In this document: one piece after another, positions 46,197-55,566 of the stretch
Layout of the letters: each line of letters begins with the position of its first letter
Numbering within the stretch: position 1 is the stretch's first letter
Assembly (NCBI GenBank): GCA_030641715.1
Contig: DAOWGX010000015.1
Span: forward strand, 560 to 64,559
From: Nanobdellota archaeon
Lineage (GTDB): Archaea > Nanobdellota > Nanobdellia > Pacearchaeales > GW2011-AR1
Length of the DNA stretch: 64,000 nucleotides
Direction of reading: 5' to 3'
The notes under the pieces: model-generated
Databases searched by the model: none
The model's input: the letters and a program-made list of their open reading frames with translations, nothing else
What the model was told of the DNA's origin: nothing
Translations under genes and position numbers: made by a program

Positions 46197-47255
46197 GTGA
46201 TGGAATTACAAAGAAAAATTTCCTCATATTTTAATGGGGAGGAGTTTCCAAAGAATGTGTTAAAAAATAAAATTTCATTACTAAAAAAAAGTATTATAAA
46301 AGAAACTGGAGAAACCAAGTTTTTATCTTTTTCAGCATCTTATCAGAAAAAATATCATAATTTATTTACAAAAGAAAAAGTAATTGTAAAATTTGTAAAA
46401 CCATTCATAAAAACAAAAACCGATAAATTTCTTAAACCACTAAATGAATTTGTTAACTACATAAGAAAAAATTTTAAAAAAGAGGAGTTAGTTGGTGCAT
46501 ATATTCATGGAAGCCTTGCAACAAATGACTATGTAAGTGGATATTCGGATTTTGATGCAATTTTAATCATAAAAGAAGATGTAATGAAAGATGATTTTAA
46601 AATGATAAAAATTAGAAACAAAATAAAAAAAGCAAACACTTTTTTATATCTGCTAGATCCATTACAACACCATAATCTGTTTATTATCACTGAATTAGAT
46701 ATGAAATATTATTTCCAACCTACATTTCCAATAGAGCTTTTTAATTATGCAAGAGAGATTACGAATTATAAAAATATCTTAAAATTTAGATGTTTTTCCG
46801 AAGACGAACATTTAGATAAAATTTTTTTGTATAGGATAGATATGTTTTCCAATCCCAAAAAATATAAACTTGATAAAAAAAATGTATATGATATTAAAAA
46901 TGCTGTCCAAAATATTCTCCTCCTCCCAGCATTATACTTACAAGGAAAAAATAAAAAATATTTATATAAAAAATATTCTTTCAATAAAGCTAAAAAAGAT
47001 TTCTCAAGGAAGGAATGGGAAATAATAGAAAGATGCTCTCAACTTAGAAGAACTTTTTCATTTAAAACATATTATCCTTATTTTTTTAGAAAATTTTTAG
47101 GTACCTATGCTCATTATAAAATATTAAAAGCACTACATCTTTATTTAGATAGAAATAACACTAAAGAGATGATGCAAATACTCGGGGAAAATTTTTTATA
47201 TGATGCAAAAAAATTATCTAAAAAAATGTATGCAAAAATAAAAGATGGAAGATAG
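46197..47255 (+). CDS. Pol-beta superfamily nucleotidyltransferase-domain protein (paralog A).
   Basis: VGAYIHGSLATNDYVSGYSDFDAILII matches the GS-x9-13-DxD NTase motif. Confidence 0.45.
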   Translation: MMELQRKISSYFNGEEFPKNVLKNKISLLKKSIIKETGETKFLSFSASYQKKYHNLFTKEKVIVKFVKPFIKTKTDKFLKPLNEFVNYIRKNFKKEELVGAYIHGSLATNDYVSGYSDFDAILIIKEDVMKDDFKMIKIRNKIKKANTFLYLLDPLQHHNLFIITELDMKYYFQPTFPIELFNYAREITNYKNILKFRCFSEDEHLDKIFLYRIDMFSNPKKYKLDKKNVYDIKNAVQNILLLPALYLQGKNKKYLYKKYSFNKAKKDFSRKEWEIIERCSQLRRTFSFKTYYPYFFRKFLGTYAHYKILKALHLYLDRNNTKEMMQILGENFLYDAKKLSKKMYAKIKDGR

Positions 47256-48408
47256 ATTAATAAGCCTAATGAAAAAATCTACAATGATAGATAAGCCTAG
47301 GTATTACTCAAGAGAAGAATATAATAATGCTTCAAGAGAATATCTGAAGATACTTAATCCTAAAAAAAACAATATTAAATCAGTATATCAGGTAGGGTCT
47401 ATTGGAGTTCCGGGAATTTCCGATATTGATTATTTTATAGTTTATAAAAATGATAAAAATGATTTTTTTGGGAAATACCACATATTAAATCTTTCAAAAG
47501 ATTCTAAATACATGTTCTATCATAATTGTTGGTTCGTAAATGAGAAAGTTATTGAAAACCTTGGATACTGGTTTCCATTTTTTAATTTAGATAAGGTATA
47601 TGGAGATATAATCAATATAAAAAAAATTAAAGAAATTGAGATAGATTTAATTCTTGCCACCCAATATCTAATAAGTAAAATTCCTTATGACCTAATAGAT
47701 TATTCCATTAAGAGAAAAAAATTTTATCAAAGAACAATGCTTGTTTCTATACATTCATTAAGGCATACAGTCAAGCTTATAGATAGAATAGGATATGCTA
47801 AAAAAAATTGGTTAAGTTTTTGTGAAGAATTTGACAGATTCAGAAAAAACTGGTTCAAGGAAAAAAATCGGGAAGACAGATTAATAAAATTTTCAGCTAA
47901 GTCTATACTAATATCTCTCGATATAATAGAAATGTTTGACAAAATTTTAATAGAAAATTTTAATATACAAGCCCCAAAAGATTCATTTAAACTTCACTCA
48001 GGAAATAAAGATTTTTATTTTTTGAATAAATGGGATAAAGACAAAATATTAAAAAAATACATGATTCAGAAATTTAAAGACATTCGATACTACCCATCAT
48101 CTTTTGCATATTATCTCTATTTGAGAAGTATCGACAATGGTAATCTTGGAAAACAAATGAGGAAAAAATTTCCTCGAAACATAAAATATTCTGTTCCAAA
48201 AAATATTAAAACATCTTTTTCAAAGTATGAACAAATACTCAACGAATTTAACGAATTTAACAAGAAAAAATTCTGGATGACTGCTAATGGATATCATACA
48301 CTGTGGGCATCTTATTATGCAGAGAATTCTTCTCTTAATTATATTTATGATAAAATATTCAAAACGAGAGAGCTATCTATAATAATTTTTAAAAAAATTT
48401 TTAGCTAA
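47245..48408 (+). CDS. Pol-beta superfamily nucleotidyltransferase-domain protein (paralog B).
   Basis: VYQVGSIGVPGISDIDYFIVY is the NTase motif. The gene overlaps paralog A by 11 nt. Confidence 0.45.
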   Translation: MEDRLISLMKKSTMIDKPRYYSREEYNNASREYLKILNPKKNNIKSVYQVGSIGVPGISDIDYFIVYKNDKNDFFGKYHILNLSKDSKYMFYHNCWFVNEKVIENLGYWFPFFNLDKVYGDIINIKKIKEIEIDLILATQYLISKIPYDLIDYSIKRKKFYQRTMLVSIHSLRHTVKLIDRIGYAKKNWLSFCEEFDRFRKNWFKEKNREDRLIKFSAKSILISLDIIEMFDKILIENFNIQAPKDSFKLHSGNKDFYFLNKWDKDKILKKYMIQKFKDIRYYPSSFAYYLYLRSIDNGNLGKQMRKKFPRNIKYSVPKNIKTSFSKYEQILNEFNEFNKKKFWMTANGYHTLWASYYAENSSLNYIYDKIFKTRELSIIIFKKIFS

Positions 48409-48430
48409 CATTTCTACAGGTTTTTGTCAA

Positions 48431-48877
48431 CTACCCCTGACTAAAGTCCGGAGCGTGACTAATCCCAATGCTTGCTCTGCGACTCCTCAATATGATACCT
48501 CCCCCTCTTCGTTGTAACACATCCGACACTCCGGGCAAAATAACCCTCGCTCCAAAACTTTTTATCCCACAAAAACTCTTGAAAAATTCAAAATGATTTT
48601 TCCTCATTATCCTCGAAGAGAAACCCTCCAGCAACTGAATAACCTGACAAGGTGCATAATTCTTGCAATTCGTTACAAAAAGGTGGATGTGTCCGGGTCC
48701 AAATTCCAAACAAACAAACTCACCATTTATCTCATTCAGTTTTTCCAGAAGATAAGTCTCGGTTAATTTCAAAACCCCCCCACTAGAGAAGATTTGTCTT
48801 CGATAAGCGACGGTCAACTGAATGTGATAGTTAAATTCACCGACGGCATGGTGGTAGTTACGTGTTTCAAATTCCAT
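48431..48877 (-). CDS. tnpA: IS200/IS605-family transposase TnpA (HUH, Y1 type), possibly degenerate.
   Basis: YHIQLTVAYRRQIF...GPGHIHLFV (HuH) ...EGFSSRIM are present. The C-terminal FGARVILPGV lacks the expected catalytic-Tyr context. Confidence 0.65.
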   Translation of the reverse strand: MEFETRNYHHAVGEFNYHIQLTVAYRRQIFSSGGVLKLTETYLLEKLNEINGEFVCLEFGPGHIHLFVTNCKNYAPCQVIQLLEGFSSRIMRKNHFEFFKSFCGIKSFGARVILPGVSDVLQRRGGGIILRSRRASIGISHAPDFSQG

Positions 48878-49025
48878 TTTAATCCTCCACTAAGTTTATT
48901 TAGTTTCAGAAAGTTACAACTACAATCGTTATTCAAAAAAGTAGGGTCAACTTCCTACTTTTTTAGAATCTTTTTTAGAATATATAATTACCGACGACGA
49001 AGTTCGCCAACAAATAGCACAATTC

Positions 49026-49049
49026 ATCTCTCCACTAAACTGGAGAGAT
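49026..49049. repeat. Perfect hairpin (9-bp stem ATCTCTCCA/TGGAGAGAT, loop CTAAAC), a candidate IS200 left-end subterminal hairpin.
   Basis: Seen directly in the sequence, about 150 nt upstream of the tnpA start. Confidence 0.5.
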
Positions 49050-49070
49050 TTCCTGATGTAGCAAACTTTT

Positions 49071-49094
49071 AAAATGATTATTAAAATGATTATT
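49071..49094. repeat. Tandem direct duplication of the 12-mer AAAATGATTATT.
   Basis: Two exact adjacent copies lie at the junction between the IS-like region and the next gene end. Confidence 0.6.
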
Positions 49095-49979
49095 AAACAA
49101 TAGATTTATTCATACTTAATATACATTCCGAAGAATTTCCCCTTACAATCATACAGTCGAGATTTAGGTTTTCAACCTTTATTTTTTTTAGTTTGAGATA
49201 TTCAAATAGGTGACGTTCTGAAGTGTATCTAAAGTCTCTTGGAGGGGTTATAAATAGAAGATTTCTTAATAGCATAAAATTATGATAAAATAACAAACCT
49301 TTTCTTGTTCCTCTTTTCTTTTTAAATACAAAATTTATGAATTTAGTATAAAATTTCTCTAAGAAAAAAGAAATATGGATAGCTATATTTTTGTTTGGTA
49401 TAAATAATCTTTTTATGACTTCGTCATAATATAGAACTCGCTCAGAATAAACATTCATCAAGTTTTCATTTCCTACTGCTACTATATCATTGTAGACACT
49501 ATCCTGTCCTATAAATTTTGGCGGAATATACACCACCGATTGATCTAATTTGCTATAATCTATTTGATTCAAAGGTAAGATATCAAATCTAATTCTAAAT
49601 ACATGTTTATATTTAACATTCTTCTCATTAGAATAAGACTTTCTTACTTTATCCACTAAAAAAACTTTATTGAGCTGATTCAAATGTCTATTGAATGTCT
49701 CAGCTTCTTCTCTTAAAAAAATTTATTATAATTTAAACTAACAATCTTTTCATGTTTTTTTACTAAATTCTCAGTCTTCACTTTTAATACCTTTGTTGGG
49801 TTCAATAAATTTACCTTATGCGTATCTTTATCGTCTTCTACACAACAAAAAATGTCGTAATCTTTTTTATTTTCTCCAAGAGGATCTAGTAAGTTTTTTT
49901 GAATGTATGGATAGCATAGGTCTAATGATCTTGCCTGTCCAGAAAAGCAAAATGCGACCTTCTTAATCTTAATCTTCAT
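49093..49979 (-). pseudogene. Single gene split by a -1 frameshift in an A7 (T7 on the coding strand) homopolymer. The two ORFs, 49713-49979 and 49093-49683, have unknown function, possibly sugar-transferase-like.
   Basis: The upstream ORF ends at TAA just after the run TCTTAAAAAAATTT (49711-49724). The downstream ORF continues in the adjacent frame and only has a TTG start. Confidence 0.45.
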
Positions 49980-50301
49980 TTTCTACTATATATTTATCTC
50001 CTTTAACGGAAGGTATTTTGACTACGACATTTTTTGAATCTGTTACAGCAGAAAAGGCAACTACTTCTCCAGGCATTATAAGAATTATATCTCCCTTGGT
50101 ATATTCTCTATCATTCATTTTTACAGTACCTTCTAAAATATATGTTATCTCTTTTGCTACCTTGTGGTAATGAGGCTCTTCTAAATCTCCTGCAATATAC
50201 GTCTTCACTGCAACTTCACACTCTTTCGACTGAAGACACGTCGGTTCAAAATCTCCTATAAACCGGCCTTTGATCATATTTTTATGAGAATATTTCTTCA
50301 T
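49969..50301 (-). CDS. Cupin-domain protein (sugar ketoisomerase/epimerase-like small cupin).
   Basis: A 110-aa single cupin with HYHKVAKEITYILEGTVKM...GDIILIMPGEVVAF. Confidence 0.55.
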   Translation of the reverse strand: MKKYSHKNMIKGRFIGDFEPTCLQSKECEVAVKTYIAGDLEEPHYHKVAKEITYILEGTVKMNDREYTKGDIILIMPGEVVAFSAVTDSKNVVVKIPSVKGDKYIVENED

Positions 50302-50351
50302 GTGTGTTTGTGAATATAAATATTTATAAGTCTATTGATGTTTTTTTACAC

Positions 50352-51146
50352 ATGATTAAAGCCGTAATATTTGACCTTGATGGTGTTTTGGTAGATGCTA
50401 CAGAATGGCATTATGGGGCATTAAATAGAGCATTGGCCTTATTCGGATTTAATATCGATAGGGGTCTGCATCTTTCAGAATATAACGGACTTCCAACAAA
50501 AGAAAAATTGAAAAGATTATCCAATCAGAAAGAATTTCCATTATCTTTATTAGAATTTACAAATGAGATGAAACAAAAATATACTATACAAGAAATTGAA
50601 AAAAATTGTAATCCTGTTTTCGAAAAACAATTTATGATATCTAGACTAAAAAAAGATGGTTATGTTTTAGCAGTTTGTTCTAACTCAATAAAAGAAAGTG
50701 TATTTAAAATGTTGAATAATTCAGGCATTTTAGATTATTTTGAGATGACTGTTGGAAATGATGAAGGGTACCCAAATAAACCTAGTCCGGTTATGTATAT
50801 TGAAACTATAAAAAAACTTGGCGTTTCTCCAAAAGAAGTTATTATAGTTGAGGATTCTCCCCATGGAATTAATGCAGCTAAACTTTCTGGAGCTAATGTC
50901 TGTGAAGTAAAAGGATTTTCAGAAGTTAATTATGATTTGATTAAAAAATTTATTAGAAAAATAGAATCACAAAAAAACAAAGGAAGTATCGATAACATAA
51001 GTAATGATACCCTTGAGTTAAAAAATGATAAAGCGGAAAGTATATGTGAGATTTATAATCTCCTTGGAGAGAAGTTAAATACCGATTCTAGTGAAAATAT
51101 TTTGAGAGAAATAAAAGGGATTTTAACGAGGGAAATAAAATGCTGA
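50352..51146 (+). CDS. HAD-superfamily hydrolase, subfamily IA (beta-phosphoglucomutase-like). The start is moved to MIKAVIFDLDG.
   Basis: VIFDLDGVLVD (motif I), CSNS (motif II) and VEDSPHGINAAKLSGA (motifs III/IV). Confidence 0.8.
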   Translation: MIKAVIFDLDGVLVDATEWHYGALNRALALFGFNIDRGLHLSEYNGLPTKEKLKRLSNQKEFPLSLLEFTNEMKQKYTIQEIEKNCNPVFEKQFMISRLKKDGYVLAVCSNSIKESVFKMLNNSGILDYFEMTVGNDEGYPNKPSPVMYIETIKKLGVSPKEVIIVEDSPHGINAAKLSGANVCEVKGFSEVNYDLIKKFIRKIESQKNKGSIDNISNDTLELKNDKAESICEIYNLLGEKLNTDSSENILREIKGILTREIKC

Positions 51147-51880
51147 ATATTATAATTCCGATGGCGGGGAAAGGTTCTAGATTTATAGAAAAAGGATATA
51201 CTTTTCCAAAACCTTTAATCGAGATTAAAGGGAAACCTATGATTCAATTAGTAGTTGAAAACTTAACTCCTAAGGATATTGACCATAGGTTTATTTTTAT
51301 AGTCAGAAAAGAGCATTGTGATAAATATGCCATAAAAGAACTTCTAGGTAGCATTGCTCCAGATTGTATAATAATTCCTATTGATCTAGTGACCCAAGGA
51401 GCTGCATGTACTGTTTTATTAGCGAGCAAGTATATTAATAATAATGATTCTCTTTTAATTGCAAATTCTGACCAGTACGTTGATTTTAATTTTGAAGATT
51501 ATCTTAAATTTTCAGAAAATGGTAACAATGATGGATCAATCTTAACATTTCCTTCAAATCATCCAAAATGGTCATATGCTAGGTTGGATGATGACCTGAA
51601 TGTTATAGAGGTCGCTGAAAAGAAACCAATAAGCGATAAGGCTACTGTTGGGATATATTATTTCAAAAAGGGGAGATTGTTTTGCGAGAGTGTAATGGAT
51701 ATGATTCGTAAAAATATCCGAGTGAATAATGAGTTCTATGTTTGCCCGGCCTATAATGAAGCAATCCTTAACAACAAAAAAGTATCTATTTATAATATAA
51801 CACGGGATCAAATGTGGGGGATTGGAACTCCGGAAGATTTAGAACTTTTTTTGGGCAGTGATATCGCTAATAAAATCTAA
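51140..51880 (+). CDS. Sugar-phosphate/phospho-alcohol nucleotidyltransferase (GT-A NTP_transferase fold).
   Basis: The N-terminal IIPMAGKGSRF...PKPLIEIKGKPMI is the nucleotidyltransferase signature. Size is 246 aa. Confidence 0.8.
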   Translation: MLNIIIPMAGKGSRFIEKGYTFPKPLIEIKGKPMIQLVVENLTPKDIDHRFIFIVRKEHCDKYAIKELLGSIAPDCIIIPIDLVTQGAACTVLLASKYINNNDSLLIANSDQYVDFNFEDYLKFSENGNNDGSILTFPSNHPKWSYARLDDDLNVIEVAEKKPISDKATVGIYYFKKGRLFCESVMDMIRKNIRVNNEFYVCPAYNEAILNNKKVSIYNITRDQMWGIGTPEDLELFLGSDIANKI

Positions 51881-51881
51881 T

Positions 51882-52631
51882 ATGGAAATTTTTGCACATA
51901 GAGGTATTGGTTTTGGTTTGACAGAAAATTCTATTGAGGCTTTTGAGAAATGTCTAGATAATGGGTTCTCTATAGAAGTAGATGTTCAAAAAACTTCTGA
52001 CAATAAATTAATATTACTCCATAATAAATTCATTAAGGATTATAATGGGAAAAATATTAATATAGAGCGATCTTCATTTAATGAAATTAAGTGTCATGTT
52101 TACTCTTTTAATTCTTTGTTAAATATTTTTTCAGGAAAGAAAAATAATTTAAAAATGGCAATTCATATTAAAGACGAAAATCAAGGTGATATTTTAAAAT
52201 TGGTATGTAATGAAATTTTTAATAAAAAGTTAACTGATCGCTGTTTTATTTTTGATGTTACAAAAAATGGGAGGGATAAAATAAAAAAAATCAACCCATT
52301 AATTAATATTGGTTTTTCTGTTGGAGAAAAAAGACACTCAAAAACAATTTTTTTATTGGAAGATTTGGATAAAGAGAACTACGACATTGTTTGGTGGGAT
52401 TGGTGGGGATATGAAAAATTATATACTAAAAAAAATTTAGAAAGGATTAAAAATTCACTGAAAAAAGTATATGTAATTTCTCCAGAATTGCATAAAGAGG
52501 GTAATCATCCCTCTGCTAGAAATTTGAATAGAATAGAAAATGTATGGAATGATTTAATTTCGTTGAATGTCGATGGTATCTGTACCGACTATCCCTCGAG
52601 GTTATTTAATTTTTACAATAAACATCATTAA
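51882..52631 (+). CDS. Glycerophosphodiester phosphodiesterase (GDPD) family protein. The start is moved to MEIFAHRG.
   Basis: FAHRGIGFGLTENSIEAFEKCLDNGFSIEVDVQKTSDNKLILLHN matches the GDPD HR...EN..AF...E.D motifs. Confidence 0.8.
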   Translation: MEIFAHRGIGFGLTENSIEAFEKCLDNGFSIEVDVQKTSDNKLILLHNKFIKDYNGKNINIERSSFNEIKCHVYSFNSLLNIFSGKKNNLKMAIHIKDENQGDILKLVCNEIFNKKLTDRCFIFDVTKNGRDKIKKINPLINIGFSVGEKRHSKTIFLLEDLDKENYDIVWWDWWGYEKLYTKKNLERIKNSLKKVYVISPELHKEGNHPSARNLNRIENVWNDLISLNVDGICTDYPSRLFNFYNKHH

Positions 52632-52665
52632 CTTTGTCCGAATAACAAACAACATGGCGTTTTCA

Positions 52666-53085
52666 TCATCTTTCTACTAATGCCTTTAATCCACCTATAA
52701 AAATAACTGGACTAGACATGTGATACCTGCTCGAAGTTATTTTATTCCAAAAAAGTTTGTTTGCATAGTAAATTGGATAGAATAAATTCCTAATTAAACG
52801 AACTATAAAGCCAAATCCTTCAGTCCCTCGCTTGTCTATAAATTTTATTTTCTTAAAGCCTGCAGCGCATAAAACATAAAGAAGACTGCCTGATGTAAAT
52901 AATGTTTTATGAGTAAAGTCTTCATACATCCAATAGCATCCAGTGTTTGATTGGGCGTTTGGAACTATAACACAAAACTTTCCTTTTTCTGTCAAGGTAT
53001 ATTTTCGGATGGCAATTAATGTTTTAATTATTTCTTCTTTATTTCTTGGACCATCAGTTCCAATAAAAAGTTGTTTGGGTTTCAT
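52666..53085 (-). pseudogene. Chimeric gene remnant. The N-terminal ~20 aa are homologous to the start of the HlpA-like gene at 45267, fused to a C-terminal methyltransferase-like fragment.
   Basis: MKPKQLFIGTDGPRNKEE here matches KPKQLFIACDGPRNKEE at 45267, and the remainder lacks an intact domain. Confidence 0.3.
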
Positions 53086-53287
53086 TTTTTTATCCCCTAG
53101 AATGTTCTTTTACTAAATCTAGCCTATTGAAAACAGTATAAAGTATTGGAATATCGTATTGTTTTCCCATAGTGAATGTTATCCTGAAAAGTTTTTATAT
53201 TTAGTCGAATTAAAAATGGCCATATAAGAAGTACTTTTATTATTTCGTTCTAGACAACTAAGAAGATTATTTTATAAGCCCCCAATC

Positions 53288-53754
53288 TTATCCCACAACT
53301 TGAAAATTTATTCCTTTCTTTCTTGTAAAATCTTGAACGGTATTTAATACCCTAACCATACTAATATCATGACCTGCCAAAATTCCTCCAGCCTTAACTT
53401 TCAGATAATAATTTTCTAAATCTTCCAAAACATTTTTATAACTATGATTTCCATCAATATATATATATAATCTACAGTAGGAACTAAATTTATTGCCTCG
53501 TTTGAATACTTCTTCATCTAATTAACCTCCGAGTATTTTCTTAACCTTTTTTTGGCAATCTTGTTTATCTTATTCAAAAACGATTTCTTCACCTCGCACC
53601 GATCCTCTCTTTCAGAGTTATCGATATAATCATTATAGGGATCAACAAAATATATTTTTTCAATATTAAGATTATTTAGAATGTGTTGTGCATTTACTCC
53701 CCTGGAAGTTTCAATCTCTATTGCAGTAATCTTTTTATTTTTAAATAACATCAT
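53288..53754 (-). pseudogene. Frameshifted class I SAM methyltransferase (Methyltransf_24/TylF-like) pseudogene.
   Basis: The N-terminal part is in the 53518-53754 ORF (ITAIEIETSRGVNAQ...IYFVDPY). The C-terminal part (IDGNHSYKNVLEDLENYYLKVKAGGILAGHDI...) is in another frame. A (TA)5 run at 53461-53470 lies near the frame break. Confidence 0.4.
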
Positions 53755-53839
53755 TACCTCTTGCCTTGTTATATACCTATAATTACCTGCCGTTTTTCAA
53801 TAACTCTATAACCAAGATCCAATTTTTTATAAAATATCC

Positions 53840-54859
53840 TTAGAGATTAGTCTCCATCAGAGCCTTTATAATTTTTCCCCCACAGTTATTCCAATTATAT
53901 TTCTTCATCAATTTGGCCCTAATTCCGATTTTCTGCTTTTTACTTAATTTTATAACCTCGTCCATCGCCCGGAAAACTGATTCCGAATTATAGATATCAC
54001 AAGCACCTGGAAGCCCAACACCAATTTCCTTTAACGAAGTTTTATTGTTAAACACCACGGGAGTTAAATAATTATATGACTCAATTAAAGGTAATCCGAA
54101 CCCTTCTATAGAGGACAAAAAAATTGTAAATTTAGCATCTCTATAGTATCCCGCAAGTTCCTCATCTGTCATTTCCCCATTGGAAAAAATTCCCTTATAA
54201 TTCGTTCCCTTTATCTTATTATATTCTTTCAATAACTCTATAGACCTTTCTAAATTTTTATGAGGGTTTCTGTTTCCAATTATAAAAACATAACAGTCTT
54301 TTTTTATTAGAGGTTTTTTACATTTATATTTCTCAGAGCCCAAAGGAACGACGATAATTTTTTTTGAAGTAAATTTACTAATCTGATGTTTCGAAAAATT
54401 TGAATTTGTAAAGATTAAGTCAAATCTTTTTGCAGAAATAATTAAGAGAATAGAAACAATTAGAAAAGATAACATCCATTTTTTTAAATAATATAATGGT
54501 ATTAAATCATGCATAAATCCAATATATTTTATATTTTTATATTTTTTAAAAGGGACATGTCCTTTCGGAAAAAATAATAAATCCAATTTATTTTTTATTG
54601 CAAATTTATTAGCGGACATTGGATAAAAAAATAATTTATTAAAAACATATTTCCTCCGGTTTTTCTTGATTATAAATTTTTTACATTTAAATTTTTTAAA
54701 ATATTTTTTACTTTCTTCATTCAAAATTAAGATAATTTCCAATCTTTTCTCTTTCTCCAATTCCTTCAAAATATACCTAACAACTTTAAGTATTCCGATT
54801 GATTTTGTTTTTTTGAGATTTATATCTGCACAATAATAACCTATTTTCAATTTTTTCAT
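53840..54859 (-). CDS. GT4-family (GT-B, group 1) glycosyltransferase.
   Basis: The C-terminal FLSSIEGFGLPLIESYNYLTPVV carries the EX7E motif. Confidence 0.8.
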   Translation of the reverse strand: MKKLKIGYYCADINLKKTKSIGILKVVRYILKELEKEKRLEIILILNEESKKYFKKFKCKKFIIKKNRRKYVFNKLFFYPMSANKFAIKNKLDLLFFPKGHVPFKKYKNIKYIGFMHDLIPLYYLKKWMLSFLIVSILLIISAKRFDLIFTNSNFSKHQISKFTSKKIIVVPLGSEKYKCKKPLIKKDCYVFIIGNRNPHKNLERSIELLKEYNKIKGTNYKGIFSNGEMTDEELAGYYRDAKFTIFLSSIEGFGLPLIESYNYLTPVVFNNKTSLKEIGVGLPGACDIYNSESVFRAMDEVIKLSKKQKIGIRAKLMKKYNWNNCGGKIIKALMETNL

Positions 54860-55536
54860 TATCTTATAATCTGAACTTCATTTAAATATCTCAACCCCAT
54901 CAAACTCCTCCAAACCTTCCCCCGCGAATGTCCAAAATCCGTAACCAGTCTATAAAACCATTCCAATCCGACCCCTCTAAAAATCCTCGGCGCCTCTCTT
55001 TTCTTCTCCAACAAAAAATCCATTGCTGCCCCGACATTAAAATAAAAAGTAGAATATTTTTTATATAATTGATTAGCCAGAATCTCTTGTTTAGGATTCC
55101 CAATACAAACCCAAACATAATCAGGTTTAAATTTCCCCAATTGTTCCCCAACTTTTTCAACTTCTTTTTGAGGAAAAACCATACATTTTATATAAGGAGG
55201 ATTGTACGATTTCGCCTTCTTTAATTTAGGAAATTTTTCAATCAGCCCGGCAAGGTCTTCTTCAGAGAGGCCTACAAAAAAATGTTTTTGTTTGCTATTA
55301 AGTTTATCTTGGAAAAAATCTCTTGTAAATGAAGGCCCTCGAATTTGTTTCGTTCTTAAAAAAAAACTTAATATCTTCCCATCTGGAAATATAAAATTCT
55401 CCGAAGACGATACAGCCCTTTTAAAAATTGGCTCGTTGTTAAATAAATAAACCGAATAAAGATTCTGAAAATTTAGAATTCCATCTTTGCTCGATTTTAG
55501 TATCTCTTGCGGAGTTTTTCCCGTAAAATCCATCAT
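54859..55536 (-). CDS. WecB/TagA/CpsF-family (GT26) glycosyltransferase.
   Basis: FPDGKIL...IRGPSFTRDF...FFVGLSEED...GNPKQEILANQL...NVGAAMDFLLEKKREAPRIFRGVGLEWFYRL matches the GT26 signature throughout. Confidence 0.8.
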   Translation of the reverse strand: MMDFTGKTPQEILKSSKDGILNFQNLYSVYLFNNEPIFKRAVSSSENFIFPDGKILSFFLRTKQIRGPSFTRDFFQDKLNSKQKHFFVGLSEEDLAGLIEKFPKLKKAKSYNPPYIKCMVFPQKEVEKVGEQLGKFKPDYVWVCIGNPKQEILANQLYKKYSTFYFNVGAAMDFLLEKKREAPRIFRGVGLEWFYRLVTDFGHSRGKVWRSLMGLRYLNEVQIIR

Positions 55537-55566
55537 GATATTCCTAGATTTATAATATATAAAAAC

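Larger units (their letters stand above)
48409..49092 (-). mobile_element. Putative IS200-like element (tnpA only), roughly 0.7 kb, filling the gap between two cluster genes.
   Basis: tnpA is flanked upstream by a perfect 9-bp-stem hairpin (49026-49049) and a 12-bp tandem duplication (49071-49094). The element boundaries are not defined. Confidence 0.4.

Noticed and set aside
48794-49072. A 92-aa plus-strand ORF.
   Set aside because: It spans the IS-associated hairpin and intergenic DNA, has no motif, and is more likely non-coding.
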